A DNA stretch of 63,472 nucleotides, counting the filler, from Octopus bimaculoides (Eukaryota): NCBI RefSeq assembly GCF_001194135.2. It is 7 parts of 6 records of this genome, joined end to end, with 100 filler letters (N's around TTAATTAATTAA, not from the genome) between each part and the next. Parts side by side here need not be neighbours in the genome. Positions count along the whole stretch, not along the records: positions 61,607 to 63,472 come from NC_068997.1; 6 more parts are not named here. One strand, written 5' to 3'. The notes under the pieces are model-generated. The model was not told the origin of the DNA and ran no database searches. It was given only the letters and a program-made list of their open reading frames with translations. Positions 62,191 to 63,472 of this stretch are shown here, piece by piece. A program made the position numbers and the translations under genes. How positions within the stretch are numbered: position 1 is the first letter of the stretch; every line of letters begins with the position of its first letter.

Positions 62191-63154
62191 AAAATACTGA
62201 ACACATAGCAATCACAGTCGCCAGTAATTTTAACATAATGCAATCTATATGAATATCAATGGAGTTCCAAGCCATTTTCTTGTTCTTCATATGTCTACGT
62301 TTCCTTATCAATCCGAGCATATCTATTATTATGGAAATTTCTTATTTCATATCTCTCTGTTCGCAGATATAATTGTCGTCTGCTACTTTTGAACTTTACA
62401 GATGTTTGCATTTCGACAATTTCACCGATAGTTTGCAGTCTGCTGTGATTGATATATCTCCAATGGCTCATTTATTCTTTCCTAGTGATCATTGTTGATA
62501 ACAATATTTGAGTGATTAACTTTCATTTTTCTGTCAACTGGGCTGTCCAGTATAGAGTTGTAATATCGCTATCGCTCTCTCTCTCTCTCTCTCTCNNNNN
62601 NNNNNNNNNNNNNNNNNNNNNNNNNNNNNNNNNNNNNNNNNNNNNNNNNNNNNNNNNNNNNNNNNNNNNNNNNNNNNNNNNNNNNNNNNNNNNNNATTTA
62701 TATATCTTGTATACCCAGATATTTTGTAGATTGTAATTAATCTTCCTTCATCTTTATTTTTTACATGTTTCATTCATTGGACTACGGCCATGCTGGAACA
62801 ACCCATTCAAAAGTTTTTAGTCGAGCAAATCGATCCCCACTATTTTTGTTTCTGTAATAAGTCTGGTGCTATTCAATTGATCTCCTTTTCCAAACCGCTA
62901 ATTTACGATGACATAAACAAACCAACACAGGTTATCAAGCGGTAGAGTAAGGACAAAGACAAGCACAAAAGTACACACACACATTCGTACAAACAGAGAC
63001 GCACATATACACGTGTATATGTACGCGACGGGCTTCCGCACAGTTTCTGTCTACCAAATTCACTCATAAAGCACTGGTCTTGCTGAAGCTATTATAGAAA
63101 AAACTTACCCAAGGTAGATAGATAGATAGATAGATAGATAGAGAGATAGATACA

Positions 63155-63472
63155 TTTCTTTTATTAGCCACACAGGGCTCAACGAAGATGGGACAAATAC
63201 AATGTAGAGCTTTTCTTTTTGGGAGGGGGGAGGAAGGGGGAAAAAATGGTGGTGTCGATCAAAAGGGATCGTAGGAAGGGAAAAAGGGGGAGTTCGATCA
63301 AAAGGGATCGAAAAAAAAAGAAAAGGAAAGGCCGATCAATAGGGATCGTGTATCACACAGTAATGTTCTCGTGTAAAAAGAGGGGAGGACAGTTTAGGTT
63401 TAGCCGTGGAAGGAAAAGCCTACGGAAAAGACCACGGTAACCTTGGTCAATATTCTCATTGAAGAAACTATG
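63155..63472 (-). mobile_element. 3' end of the ORF1-only/non-autonomous non-LTR family (runs off the window)
   Basis: The sense strand ends ...GTCCCATCTTCGTTGAGCCCTGTGTGGCTAATAAAGAAA; ORF end MRILTKVTVVFSVGFSFHG*; homologous to 14384-14630. Confidence 0.8.

Overview
AT-rich, gap-rich eukaryotic scaffold segment. The repeat families point to a coleoid cephalopod, most likely Octopus (inference). Almost all listed ORFs are artefacts of microsatellites or N-gaps, and no complete protein-coding gene is recognisable. The window is dominated by at least six tRNA-derived or LINE-tail SINE-like families that share modules. It also holds degenerate Penelope-like (GIY-YIG/RT) elements, Tc1/mariner remnants, Helitron/Helentron ends, and an ORF1-only (HAL1-like) non-LTR family whose 3' tail matches one SINE. 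The most notable items are: (i) RTE-type LINE 3' ends encoding tandem C2H2 zinc fingers (three at 60.5-60.8 kb, two at 55.6-55.8 kb); (ii) a ~1.07 kb foldback transposon with ~280 bp TIRs, a near-perfect 8 bp TSD and a telomere-like (CCCTAA)n core; (iii) an orphan 5' fragment of 18S rRNA beside a higher-order GA-rich satellite; (iv) several long near-perfect hairpins; (v) a few phase-compatible candidate exons of unrecognised genes. Six N44-TTAATTAATTAA-N44 tokens are artificial contig joins, so long-range contiguity is not guaranteed.
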